Positions 29,329 through 41,055 of a DNA stretch of 64,000 bases are shown here, piece by piece. A program made the position numbers and the translations under genes. Where the stretch lies: assembly GCA_021767785.1 (NCBI GenBank), contig JAASSR010000001.1, positions 7,745-71,744 on the forward strand, given 5' to 3'. This DNA comes from Methanolobus sp. Lineage in GTDB: Archaea; Halobacteriota; Methanosarcinia; Methanosarcinales; Methanosarcinaceae. How positions within the stretch are numbered: position 1 is the stretch's first letter; every line of letters starts with the position of its first letter. The notes beneath the pieces were generated by a model. The model saw only the letters and a program-made list of their open reading frames with translations. It was not told where the DNA came from and searched no databases.

Positions 29329-30021
29329 CTATAGAATCATTTGTGCCACGTTTCGTTTTATCAACCCATTTGCATTCAGGGCAGGTAAAATAACAACGTC
29401 TTCGGCATGTAATGTGTAATTGCGATTATCCATAGCCTTGAAAGTAGGCAGGTCCTCCAGTATTCGCACAACAACGAATTCTTTATTTATATTACTTTTG
29501 CCTATTTCATCTTTTTTGTCGCTGTCAGCTTCAGGTTTGATCTCAGCTTCCTGCCTGTTGTTTGGAGGTTCGGTTCGCATATTTTCTGAATGATCCTTTT
29601 TGTCATTCCTCTTTGAAGATTTTACTTTTTCTTTTACTGCCTGTGGATCGAGTATGGGTACAAGAAGTTCCCTGCGTGCATTATTTATCGCTGAAAGTAC
29701 TACATCATAAACTTCTTTTTCTTCCGGGAGTAATTTACTCATATCCTGAGATGGTGGCATGCTGGAAAAAGCATTGCTGGTGGCATAGCTTATGATTTTT
29801 CTGATACGACGAATGAATATGACCTCAATATCTGTGATGGCGCTCTGAAGTTCATCCTCGAGCATCTTTGATTCTACAGAACGTGGATTATTTATGCTCA
29901 TTATCTCTTCTTCGAGCTCTTTGATATATTCCTCGACATCCCGGAAAAACCCGGGATGTAATGATCTAAGTGTGGAACTACTTTCCTCCCTTAAAACATT
30001 CTTGAGCTCAGTGCGATCCAT
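29329..30021 (-). CDS. GINS subunit (Gins51/Gins15-like)
   Basis: 230 aa; N-terminal helical A-domain (LHPGFFRDVEEYIKELEEE), C-terminal B-domain VRILEDLPTFKAMDNRNYTLHAEDVVILPALNANGLIKR; overlaps the end of priS, a known conserved pairing. Confidence 0.55.
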   Translation of the reverse strand: MDRTELKNVLREESSSTLRSLHPGFFRDVEEYIKELEEEIMSINNPRSVESKMLEDELQSAITDIEVIFIRRIRKIISYATSNAFSSMPPSQDMSKLLPEEKEVYDVVLSAINNARRELLVPILDPQAVKEKVKSSKRNDKKDHSENMRTEPPNNRQEAEIKPEADSDKKDEIGKSNINKEFVVVRILEDLPTFKAMDNRNYTLHAEDVVILPALNANGLIKRNVAQMIL

Positions 30022-31183
30022 ATTCAGCTACACCTCTGCACATAAGATATACTGCGGCATACTCCGGTACTTCCTGTACTCCTTCTTCGACCACAAGGTC
30101 CTTTCCTTTCATCTGCACAGCAAAAGGTTTTATTACTTTTATTTTTACCGACCTGTCACCAAAAACAACCGCATCTTTCAGGGGTTCGAACCCTTCGAGT
30201 TCATCTATGGGCAGGGCAGTGACTTTCATTCCAGACTTTCCGTGAAGTGATCCCGGCAGACGAATCAGACGCTTTATATCAGCAGTAACCGGCTCATCAA
30301 CACAGGCTGCCATTCTCTCCACACCTTGGTTTACAATTGTTTCAAGTATTTCTTTCTTTATGCTCCCAAGTGCATCCATCCTTCCTTTTTTCAAAGCTTC
30401 AACACGATCTTTATCCTGAAACAGGTCTATTATTTTTCCAGCTGTTGTTTTGCCTATTCCCTTGAAACCTGTAAGTATCTTAATAGCATCTTCATCATTT
30501 GCAAGGGATGTAAGATATGATATTAAATATCGGTTGATCCTTCCGCCCCATCCTCCGTCATCTTCAGAAGGGAATACTGCCATTTTTGCGGATTCAGCAC
30601 CTGCATCTCCTGAAATATTCTTCTTTGAGAAGATCTTTTCAAGATTAAGACCCTTGGAACTGACATAATCTACTATCTCCCTTCTTTCTGCACTACCAAG
30701 TGAAAGAACGGACTTCTCGCTTATGTGGAAATGATAGCCTCTGCCTCCGGAAAAAACAGCGTGTACCTCATTTTCGCTGAATCCGAAATCATCTATGAGG
30801 AATTCCAGGAGCTTTAATGTTTCCTTTTTTCCCTTCTCCAGCATATCGGCATATGAATCGATGCCTCCGGGAAGATGGTCAGAGTCAATATCAAATATCA
30901 GATCGGCTTTTTGCCAGTTCTTCTCTTTCATTTTAGGAGCAGCAGGGTATTCATAATAGGCAACTGAATAATAAGCATGTGCCGGGGCTATACCTTTCAT
31001 GTAATCATATAATTCACCTTTCGATCCGAAAGCACGGTGTCTTTTCATGAAAGTATCCTGACCTGTGCTAAACTCGATGAACCCCCATTCCCTGGATGTG
31101 AACTCCGGCGGCAATCTCAGGTCCGCTGTCGAGTAGTATTTCTGGAACTCAGATACCAAAAAATGTCTTGTGTTCTCATTCAT
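30008..31183 (-). CDS. priS: DNA primase small (catalytic) subunit PriS
   Basis: 391 aa; AYYSVAYYEYP...DLIFDIDSDHL catalytic acidic motif and SGGRGYHFHI. Confidence 0.85.
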   Translation of the reverse strand: MNENTRHFLVSEFQKYYSTADLRLPPEFTSREWGFIEFSTGQDTFMKRHRAFGSKGELYDYMKGIAPAHAYYSVAYYEYPAAPKMKEKNWQKADLIFDIDSDHLPGGIDSYADMLEKGKKETLKLLEFLIDDFGFSENEVHAVFSGGRGYHFHISEKSVLSLGSAERREIVDYVSSKGLNLEKIFSKKNISGDAGAESAKMAVFPSEDDGGWGGRINRYLISYLTSLANDEDAIKILTGFKGIGKTTAGKIIDLFQDKDRVEALKKGRMDALGSIKKEILETIVNQGVERMAACVDEPVTADIKRLIRLPGSLHGKSGMKVTALPIDELEGFEPLKDAVVFGDRSVKIKVIKPFAVQMKGKDLVVEEGVQEVPEYAAVYLMCRGVAEYGSH

Positions 31184-31298
31184 CTGAAGCCTGTATCTCC
31201 TTTGCCGGGGTATTATATTTCTTCTGGAAACTTACGGATATTAGAACTATTTAATGCGTCATAAACCTTATAGTTACCATCTGCATTATAGTCCCCGC

Positions 31299-33293
31299 AT
31301 GAAGAAGGAAATGACGAGTGCTGATGTAGCTGCCCTTGCACTTGAGCTCAGCTCAGGTGAAACGTCTATTATAGATGCTAAAATAGCTAAAATCTACCAG
31401 CCGACGGATGATGAGATTCGTATCAATCTGTACATTTTCAATAAAGGCAGGGATAATCTTGTTATCGAGGCAGGAAAACGTGCTCATATGAGCCAGCATC
31501 TACGTCCCAGTCCCAAGATCCCGCAATCATTCCCGATGATGTTAAGAAAACATATAATGGGAGGACGTATCACATTTGTCAAACAGTATGATTTTGACAG
31601 GATACTTGAGATCGGTGTTGTACGCGGAGGTGTGGAAACACTCCTTGTTATCGAGTTATTCTCTCCCGGGAACATAGTATTGCTTGATAGTGAAAGACGG
31701 ATCATTCTCCCTATGAAGCCTGTGACATTCAAAGGCAGAAGGATACGCAGTGGTGAGGTATATCAGTATCCCGATGCTCAGATAAGTCCGGTTGAAGCCA
31801 ATGCAGAGGATCTTAAAAAAATATTCTCCGGATCTGATGCAGATGTTGTCAGGACGATCGCGACAAGATTCAATCTGGGCGGAGTTCTGGCTGAAGAGGT
31901 ATGTGCAAGGTCCCGTGTCAATAAAACACAAGCTGCTAAAGATGCAGGATCTGAGGACATTGATGCTATCATTGCAGCACTAAAAGCATTATTCTCACCA
32001 CTTCTGAAGTGTAATCTGGATCCATGTCTGATAAAAAAAGAGGTCAAAGGTGAGATGCAGGCTTTTGATGTCCTACCTTTTGAGCTTTACATCTACAAAG
32101 ATTATGAAAAAACTTCCTTTTCTAGTTTCAATGCAGCTCTTGATGAATTCTTTGGTAAGGCTGTTGCAGAATCGGTTCAGCAACAGGTAACTTCAGTAAA
32201 GAAGGAAAAAGTGGATGTTTTTGAGCGCAGACTTCAAAAACAGAAAGCTGCAATCCAAAAATTCGGCAAGGATGCTGATAAACAGACAAGGATCGCAGAG
32301 AAGATATATGCTAATTATGTTGAGATCGAGGAAATAATAGGTGTCCTTAAACAGGCACGTGCTGATGGCTACTCGTGGGATGAGATAAGGTCCATTATCA
32401 AAAAAGCAAAGGACAAGGTACCTGCTGCAAAATGGATAGAAAATATTGACCCGTCAGCAGGAAAAGTTGTCCTTGATCTGGATGGTACAAAAGCAAGCAT
32501 TGATGTCAGACTTACGATACCTCAGAATGCAAAGGTTTACTATGAAAAAGCTAAAAAGTTAACCAGGAAAAAGGAAGGGGCTTTGAAGGCCATCGAGGAT
32601 ACCAGAATTGCAATGAAGAAAAAAGAGAAGAAAGTATCCAACAAGCGCCGGGTCAATAGAAAGAGATACTGGTATGAACGTTTCAGATGGTTCATCTCTT
32701 CGGATGGTTTTCTGGTTGTTGCAGGAAGGGATGCTGACAGCAATGAAGAAATAGTAAAGAAATATATGGAGAAGAGGGACATTGTATTCCATACGCAGAA
32801 CCCCGGTGCTCCTATCACGGTAATAAGGACTGAAGGTAAGGATATTCCGGAAACCACATTGCAGGAAACGGCTCAATTTGTGGTATCCTATTCAAGTGTC
32901 TGGAAATCAGGACAGTTCAGTGGTGATTGTTACTGGGTTAAACCTGAACAGGTATCAAAGACCCCTGAATCCGGGGAATTCCTTAAGAAAGGTTCTTTTG
33001 TCATTAGAGGAGAAAGGAATTATTTCAGAGATGTACAGGTAGGGGCAGCTATTGCTCTGGAACTTGATGAAAAAACCCGTGTAATAGGGGGCCCTCTATC
33101 TGCGGTCAGCAAACATGGGAAGTATGTTATTGAAGTGATTCCCGGAAAATTCAATCAGAATGATCTGGCAAAAAAGATATACAAAATATATGTGGACAGG
33201 CTGAAAGATCCTAATTTTGTAAAGCAGATAGCATCTCCTGACAGGATCGCAAAAATGCTTCCTCCGGGTGAGTCCGAAATCAAGTCCCTGTAA
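31299..33293 (+). CDS. NFACT-family protein (Rqc2/NEMF/RqcH homolog; FbpA-like N-terminus)
   Basis: NFACT-N start SADVAALALEL...KIAKIYQP, central coiled coil, NFACT-R block WYERFRWFISSDGFLVVAGRDADSNEEIV...DIVFHTQNPGAPITV; the ORF opens at 31254 but Met at 31299 or 31311 is more plausible. Confidence 0.8.
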   Translation: MKKEMTSADVAALALELSSGETSIIDAKIAKIYQPTDDEIRINLYIFNKGRDNLVIEAGKRAHMSQHLRPSPKIPQSFPMMLRKHIMGGRITFVKQYDFDRILEIGVVRGGVETLLVIELFSPGNIVLLDSERRIILPMKPVTFKGRRIRSGEVYQYPDAQISPVEANAEDLKKIFSGSDADVVRTIATRFNLGGVLAEEVCARSRVNKTQAAKDAGSEDIDAIIAALKALFSPLLKCNLDPCLIKKEVKGEMQAFDVLPFELYIYKDYEKTSFSSFNAALDEFFGKAVAESVQQQVTSVKKEKVDVFERRLQKQKAAIQKFGKDADKQTRIAEKIYANYVEIEEIIGVLKQARADGYSWDEIRSIIKKAKDKVPAAKWIENIDPSAGKVVLDLDGTKASIDVRLTIPQNAKVYYEKAKKLTRKKEGALKAIEDTRIAMKKKEKKVSNKRRVNRKRYWYERFRWFISSDGFLVVAGRDADSNEEIVKKYMEKRDIVFHTQNPGAPITVIRTEGKDIPETTLQETAQFVVSYSSVWKSGQFSGDCYWVKPEQVSKTPESGEFLKKGSFVIRGERNYFRDVQVGAAIALELDEKTRVIGGPLSAVSKHGKYVIEVIPGKFNQNDLAKKIYKIYVDRLKDPNFVKQIASPDRIAKMLPPGESEIKSL

Positions 33294-33389
33294 TATGTAA
33301 ATACTGCGTACTTGTCGGAATCTATCAATATTAGTATAGTATCTTAGTTAATGTAATTGAATTTGTTTGTGGATTAATATCAAGGTGTT

Positions 33390-34433
33390 ATGATGAGGAT
33401 ATTGAAAAGGAGTTTGAAAGGAAGAGATGGTGAGATAAAACTGGTTCCTGAAACGCTTGATGACCTCTGGCACCTGAAGTATATTATTGAAAAGGGAGAC
33501 CTTGTCTTTGCCATGACCAAAAGAAAAGGTGATACTTCTTCTGATAAGCTTCGACCGGAGAAGGTCGACAAAAAGACGGTAAGACTTGGCATCAGGGTTG
33601 AAGAACTGGAATTCCATAAGTTCTCAAATCGCCTGAGGATCCATGGTCTTATTGAGCATGGAATGGATGCAGGACATTATCATACTTTCAATGTTGAAGA
33701 GGGCCTTGATATATCGATCATAAAAACATGGAAAAAAGATCAGCTTGAAAGGATAAATGAGGCAGAGGCCAGTTCAAAGCGGCCTAAAGTTGTTATTGTT
33801 GCGATTGAAGAAGGAGATGCAGATATCGGTCTTGTGAAACATTACGGTATAGAGGAATATTCTCATATTAGTCAATCTTCGGGAAAAGGTGAGGGTACAC
33901 TCAGAGAGGTCTTTTTCCAGGAAATAATGGATCAACTTGTTTATGCGGCTTCAGAGTCCGAATCAATTGTAGTGGCGGGTCCGGGATTTACCAAGGATGA
34001 CTTTTTAAAGTATATGAGATCAAAAGAATCTGATCTTAGTGAGAGGGTGATCAGTGAGGACACTTCATCCATAGGTATGTCCGGTTTCCAGGAGGTTCTC
34101 AGACGTGGTGCTGTGGACAGGATCATGGAAGAATCACGCATTGCCAGGGAATCGCGTCTGATGGATGATCTGCTAAAGGAAATAGCTACTGACGGGAAAG
34201 TAGCTTATGGTATGGAAGAGGTTAAGATGGCTCTGGATTATGGTGCTATAGAAACTCTTCTTGTTGCTGATGAGCTGTTAAGGATCGAACGTGAGAAGGG
34301 TAGTATAGATTCTTTTTTGCAGGCGGTTGAACATACACAGGGTAACATAGTTGTTTTCAGCACGGTATTCGAACCGGGTCAGAAATTGCTTGCACTTGGA
34401 GGTATTGCCGCATTGCTGCGTTTTAAAATATGA
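33390..34433 (+). CDS. pelA: Pelota (Dom34 homolog), ribosome rescue factor
   Basis: 347 aa; MRILKRSLKGRDGEIKLVPETLDDLWHLKYII and C-terminal eRF1-like domain GGIAALLRF. Confidence 0.9.
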   Translation: MMRILKRSLKGRDGEIKLVPETLDDLWHLKYIIEKGDLVFAMTKRKGDTSSDKLRPEKVDKKTVRLGIRVEELEFHKFSNRLRIHGLIEHGMDAGHYHTFNVEEGLDISIIKTWKKDQLERINEAEASSKRPKVVIVAIEEGDADIGLVKHYGIEEYSHISQSSGKGEGTLREVFFQEIMDQLVYAASESESIVVAGPGFTKDDFLKYMRSKESDLSERVISEDTSSIGMSGFQEVLRRGAVDRIMEESRIARESRLMDDLLKEIATDGKVAYGMEEVKMALDYGAIETLLVADELLRIEREKGSIDSFLQAVEHTQGNIVVFSTVFEPGQKLLALGGIAALLRFKI

Positions 34434-34939
34434 TTTAAAGCATTTACATGCTTTAACTTTTGTGTCACTTTTGTTCTAAAAAACCTACTATATATTCAAT
34501 TTTTCCATAAATAGTTTTCGGAATGGTTTTGCGTGTATTGTGCAAAATATCCAATATGAATGCATAAATAAATTTTATATTATTCATTAAATTAAAACTT
34601 AACATATTATAGGTTTTTTTTAGTGTTTTAAGTCAAAAAAAAGGTTTTTTGATTTTTATATTTTTAATAAATGCTTAAAAAACCCTCTTTTTTTTTATAA
34701 AGGTCTGTAATCTATTATTCTATTTAGTAATAATCAAAAATGATATATACTTCTATTCTAAAGTCCTTATCTGGAGGTGAAAAGGTAACACTTGGAGGAG
34801 GTAGACAAGCAGTTACATAAATTTACTAGAATGGAATTGATTTCTGACATATAGTTTTAAGGTCAGTGATAAACAGTTATAAGGAATATCAATATTGTTT
34901 GACAATTATTAAATTGTTTTATTAGGGAAGTGATAAACT

Positions 34940-35515
34940 ATGGAAGGCGAAGTAACAATTAAAGATACAACTGCAAGTCCGGCACCACTGGGATTCTTTG
35001 GTCTTGGATTTGCAGCCACATTCCTCGGATTAATGGTCATGGGAATGTTCAGTGATGCTGTAATGGTAATTTCAACTGCAATATTCCTTGGTGGATTTGC
35101 TCAGTTGTTTGCCAGTTTTGAACTATGGAAAAAAGGAGATACCTTTGGTGCATCCGCATTCGGAGCATTCGCATTGTTCTGGTTCTCCTGGGCATTTATC
35201 CAGATAATTACTACGATTGGAATGTTTGGTGGAATAATGGATCCTATGAGTGCCAGCGCAGGTTTCTGGTATCTTATAATATGGGGTATCATAGCAACCC
35301 TGTTGACCATTGTAACATTTAAGATCGGCTTGAAAGCAATTGTAGTGACTTTCATCTTGCTTGATCTGACATTCTTTAGTCTTGCTCTTGTTGGAGGAAT
35401 GATTGCAGGTGTGATAACCCTTCTTCTTGGTCTTGCTTCACTCTACACGGCTGTTGCAATGATCTGGATGGAAGTAGGTAATCTCAACTGTCCAGGACTG
35501 TGTGCACCAGAATAA
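34940..35515 (+). CDS. GPR1/FUN34/YaaH (SatP/AceP-like) acetate channel family protein
   Basis: 191 aa, six TMs, N-terminal ASPAPLGFFGLGFAATFLGL signature. Confidence 0.75.
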   Translation: MEGEVTIKDTTASPAPLGFFGLGFAATFLGLMVMGMFSDAVMVISTAIFLGGFAQLFASFELWKKGDTFGASAFGAFALFWFSWAFIQIITTIGMFGGIMDPMSASAGFWYLIIWGIIATLLTIVTFKIGLKAIVVTFILLDLTFFSLALVGGMIAGVITLLLGLASLYTAVAMIWMEVGNLNCPGLCAPE

Positions 35516-35550
35516 GCAAGCTTAAGGTTAGATATTTTTTAGAATATTAG

Positions 35551-35577
35551 GCCGGCAAGTTGCCGGCGATTTTTTAT
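35551..35577 (+). terminator. Hairpin plus T-run terminator after the AceP-like gene
   Basis: GCCGGCA-AGT-TGCCGGC perfect 7-bp stem followed by GATTTTTTATT. Confidence 0.5.
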
Positions 35578-35861
35578 TAATTACGTAATATCTGTGTAAT
35601 CTGATAGTACATTTTTGATAGATACATCTGGTTTTTACTTTGTTCGTTTCCTATCATATAACTGAATCATGTTCTGATATCTTCAAGTGGCAACTTTTTC
35701 TCACTGATTAAAATAAATGACTTTCAATATTATTTTAAAAACCGATCAACAAGTCCCATATTGTCTAAAAATCATTAAAAAACAAATTTATCTGATAAGG
35801 ACCGTTTAATAAGTAAGTATATTTACAAAATCATTAAATCTGATGAAATCCATGATTCTTT

Positions 35862-36215
35862 TCAATCGCTTTTACTTGATGCTTCTAATTCCTGTTTAGA
35901 TATCTGGACCAGTTCATCAGGATCATCCACGTCCTTGTGGACGAAAAGTCCGCACCAGCAACGTTTCATTGCATCAAAATGTTCTCTGTGGAAAGGTATA
36001 CACGGGCATACCAGTTTCATATCGTGTCCCCTCTCACCGGTCAATCCCTGACAGGGGCAGAAGGGACTGCCTTTTTCTTTTTCCAGCATGACTTCCTGTT
36101 CCAGCAGGTAATCCACAATTTCTTCGTCGGGACTGAACTTATATCCAAGGGGATCTATGACTTTCTGGAACATTGTCCTTAATTGTTCCATGCGTTTCTT
36201 CGTATCCATAGACAT
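35862..36215 (-). CDS. Ferredoxin:thioredoxin reductase catalytic-subunit-like protein (FTR/FDR-like)
   Basis: CPCQGL...CPCIPF...CWCGLF cysteine pattern of FTR catalytic chains; the Met at 36215 lies just after the upstream stop, while the ORF track extends to 36242. Confidence 0.7.
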   Translation of the reverse strand: MSMDTKKRMEQLRTMFQKVIDPLGYKFSPDEEIVDYLLEQEVMLEKEKGSPFCPCQGLTGERGHDMKLVCPCIPFHREHFDAMKRCWCGLFVHKDVDDPDELVQISKQELEASSKSD

Positions 36216-36219
36216 TACC

Positions 36220-36579
36220 TTACCTGTACAGCAGACTGGCATATTTCTTTGTATTATAGCCCACTACCGCCTCACCATCGATCTTGACAACCGGAAATCC
36301 CAGGTCATCCATATAGGACTTGCAGTCTTCCTGTATATATTTGCGGGTTTCCTCATCAGCCTTATCGTACTCTATATACTCAACGGTGGCTCCTTTTTCC
36401 GTGAAGAACTTCCTGGCTTTCTTGCACCAGGGGCAGGTACTAAGTGCATATATTGTAACTTTCTTCGAAGCAGCCTTTTCAAGCTCATCGCTACTGTCTT
36501 TATGCCCCAGGGGTTCCACCGCCTTCTGGAAAACCTTCCGGGACTGTTCCATGAGTTTCTTTGCATCCACATTTATCAC
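36220..36579 (-). CDS. Glutaredoxin/NrdH-like redoxin with N-terminal extension
   Basis: 119 aa; VTIYALSTCPWCKKARKFF active site and GFPVVKIDGEAVVGYN; the N-terminal 35 aa resemble the N-terminus of the downstream FTR-like protein. Confidence 0.7.
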   Translation of the reverse strand: MINVDAKKLMEQSRKVFQKAVEPLGHKDSSDELEKAASKKVTIYALSTCPWCKKARKFFTEKGATVEYIEYDKADEETRKYIQEDCKSYMDDLGFPVVKIDGEAVVGYNTKKYASLLYR

Positions 36580-36742
36580 CTCACATTTTATGTCTAATTA
36601 CCTCTCATTGACCTAAGCGCCCAATTATCAACCCCGAATTACTGATTTCGGCAACAGAGCATTATTTCTTCTGATGGATATCTTTGCCAGGTACATCAAA
36701 ATGAAGTGCTGATAATTTACTTCACACTTCCTTCATTGTAAC

Positions 36743-37060
36743 TCAATGTTCCATATTAATGTAAATTTTGCCATCAGCAATCCTTGTTTCATAAGAAGCG
36801 ACCTTGAGCTCTTTTGCATCCAGGAATTCCCCACTGCGAATATCAAATCTCCAGTCATGGCACGGACACTTGATTACATAACCTTCAAGTTCTCCTTTGG
36901 ATAACGGACATCCCATATGCATACATCTATTAGAGATAGCAAATAATTCCCCACTTTTTTTTATCAGTACTATCTTCTCCCCATCTATTATCACGGCTTT
37001 CTTTTCGCTTTCTGCAAGTTCGTTCACATTAAAAGCAAAGACCCAGGATGCTTCCAGCAT
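36743..37060 (-). CDS. Rieske [2Fe-2S] domain protein (NirD-like small subunit type)
   Basis: 105 aa; CMHMGCPL and CPCHDWRF Rieske ligand boxes. Confidence 0.8.
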   Translation of the reverse strand: MLEASWVFAFNVNELAESEKKAVIIDGEKIVLIKKSGELFAISNRCMHMGCPLSKGELEGYVIKCPCHDWRFDIRSGEFLDAKELKVASYETRIADGKIYINMEH

Positions 37061-37486
37061 TTTCTTTTCCTCTATAAAAGAGCCGTTATAAACTTATAAA
37101 TAATTATCGTGAACCGCTGTCCATGATGAACATAATACAAAAAAAGTAAACCACAATAGGAAGGGCGATTCAGGATGCTTAATTATCCCTACTTTTTGAG
37201 GAAACCTATTTATTATGTCGGAGCTATATCTACTACTTACTTGAGTGGGTAAGTTAAGGGTTATGTATCAGTTTTTGATAACTTTTCAAGTATACCTTAA
37301 CGCTACTATTTAAATAAATGAGTGATTTTAATGAGTGAAAAGAAACAGTCCTTATATTTGGAATGCAAGTTGCTGATAATCAGAATAACCTGACAGCCGG
37401 CTCCTAATTTTACGCTCAAAAAATAGTGAGACGTTTCTTTAGCTATCCTTCAAGTCTCTCATTGCCACCAAAATCAATCGATATAA

Positions 37487-39706
<2,220 letters not shown>

Positions 39707-40047
39707 TACCTCACATCTCTATCGTGATGCTATTGTTGATCTGGTTTGCACGAATCTTGTTAGCAATATCATATCCCATTTGTCCGGTGCATTAAAACGT
39801 ATTCAACTTCGGTAGACGGCTCTTTCCTTCAAGCCTGATCCAGGTTATGGGACGCGTGTAGCTAAAAAGGTCTGTGACTGGTGCAGGAAGTTGAACATCT
39901 GGGCGATATGAGTTCTGAAGAGCGTGCTTAAGCTACAGAAAAATAAAATCGCTTTTAAGATTGTAAGAAGATATGTCTTTCATCTGGCGTAAGGATAAGC
40001 AGCCCATAAGATGGAAGATATCTTATTTGTTTTAATTATTTGTATTA

Positions 40048-40920
40048 TTAGCGTACACGTGCGGCCCGCTCTGTAGATTCTATATGCAGAAGCTCTTTTC
40101 CATCCATGTATATGTGAATGACTCCGCCTGATTCGGAAACTGTCACTGCAATTGCCACAGTATCTCTCGTAACTGCAGCAGCAGAAACATGACGTCCTCC
40201 GAGACCTTTTTCCACTGGTATGTCCCTGGCATCTACATCCAGGTATCTTCCTGCAGCTTCTACCATTCCTTCTTCAGAAATAACAAAGACGCCATCAAGC
40301 TGGGCAAATTCTTTTATAGATTCCCAGTTCTTTTTGTCAAGTATGTTCCTGTCCCCGTCTTCCTGTCCTGAGTAAGGGTTCAGTATCATCTGGTGAGACC
40401 GTATCATCACCTCTTCCACATCCCCAACTATAAATGCCGTACCGATCTGTTTTCCTTCACGCCCGGTATTTGATATGTCAAAAGCTACTTTAAGGACAGC
40501 GCGCAGGATCTCGGCAGGTATCCTTTCCTCACATTCCTTGAGTATCTTCACCAGGTGGTTCTCCTCAAGGTTATGGATCACAATGGCATAGGAGTTCTTA
40601 CTCTCTATTATGCCGATAACGGTTCCTTCTTTAACCTCATCCATCATATATTCGATTGCAGATACACTTTCAACATGTTCCATCTTCCCTGAAGCCTGGT
40701 GACTGATCTTATCGAGTATTTCCTTTGATCTTTCTTCTTTTGTTTTGCTGCTGGAAGAAAGGTGATCGATGATATTCCTTTGTTTTCGGCTTACATAATA
40801 GACAGGTATGGATGTCTTTGTTTCACCAAGATCTATATCTCCTGATATTATGATGGCTGTAGATTTCAGCTCTTCTGCAAGTCTTACAGCATTATCGACA
40901 ACTACCTGTGTACAGTTCAA
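40048..40920 (-). CDS. dacZ: Diadenylate cyclase (DAC domain, DacZ-like)
   Basis: 290 aa; C-terminal DAC motifs GTAFIVGD, QLDGVFVISEEG, GLGGRHVSAAAVT; N-terminal regulatory domain. Confidence 0.7.
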   Translation of the reverse strand: MNCTQVVVDNAVRLAEELKSTAIIISGDIDLGETKTSIPVYYVSRKQRNIIDHLSSSSKTKEERSKEILDKISHQASGKMEHVESVSAIEYMMDEVKEGTVIGIIESKNSYAIVIHNLEENHLVKILKECEERIPAEILRAVLKVAFDISNTGREGKQIGTAFIVGDVEEVMIRSHQMILNPYSGQEDGDRNILDKKNWESIKEFAQLDGVFVISEEGMVEAAGRYLDVDARDIPVEKGLGGRHVSAAAVTRDTVAIAVTVSESGGVIHIYMDGKELLHIESTERAARVR

Positions 40921-41055
40921 ATTGTTCCCTCGATTTTAATGAAGATATTTCACCGGCAATCTGACTACCGGAACATGCCATATTATCTATTATCTTTTTA
41001 TAAATAAAACTTGTTAAGTAGCGTTATTAATTTATGTCTCCAGTATAAATGATAA

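Noticed and set aside
39707-40047. Possible gene remnant downstream of katG
   Set aside because: My six-frame reading gave only short, stop-interrupted peptides with no recognisable similarity. I kept it only as a comment under the katG island finding.
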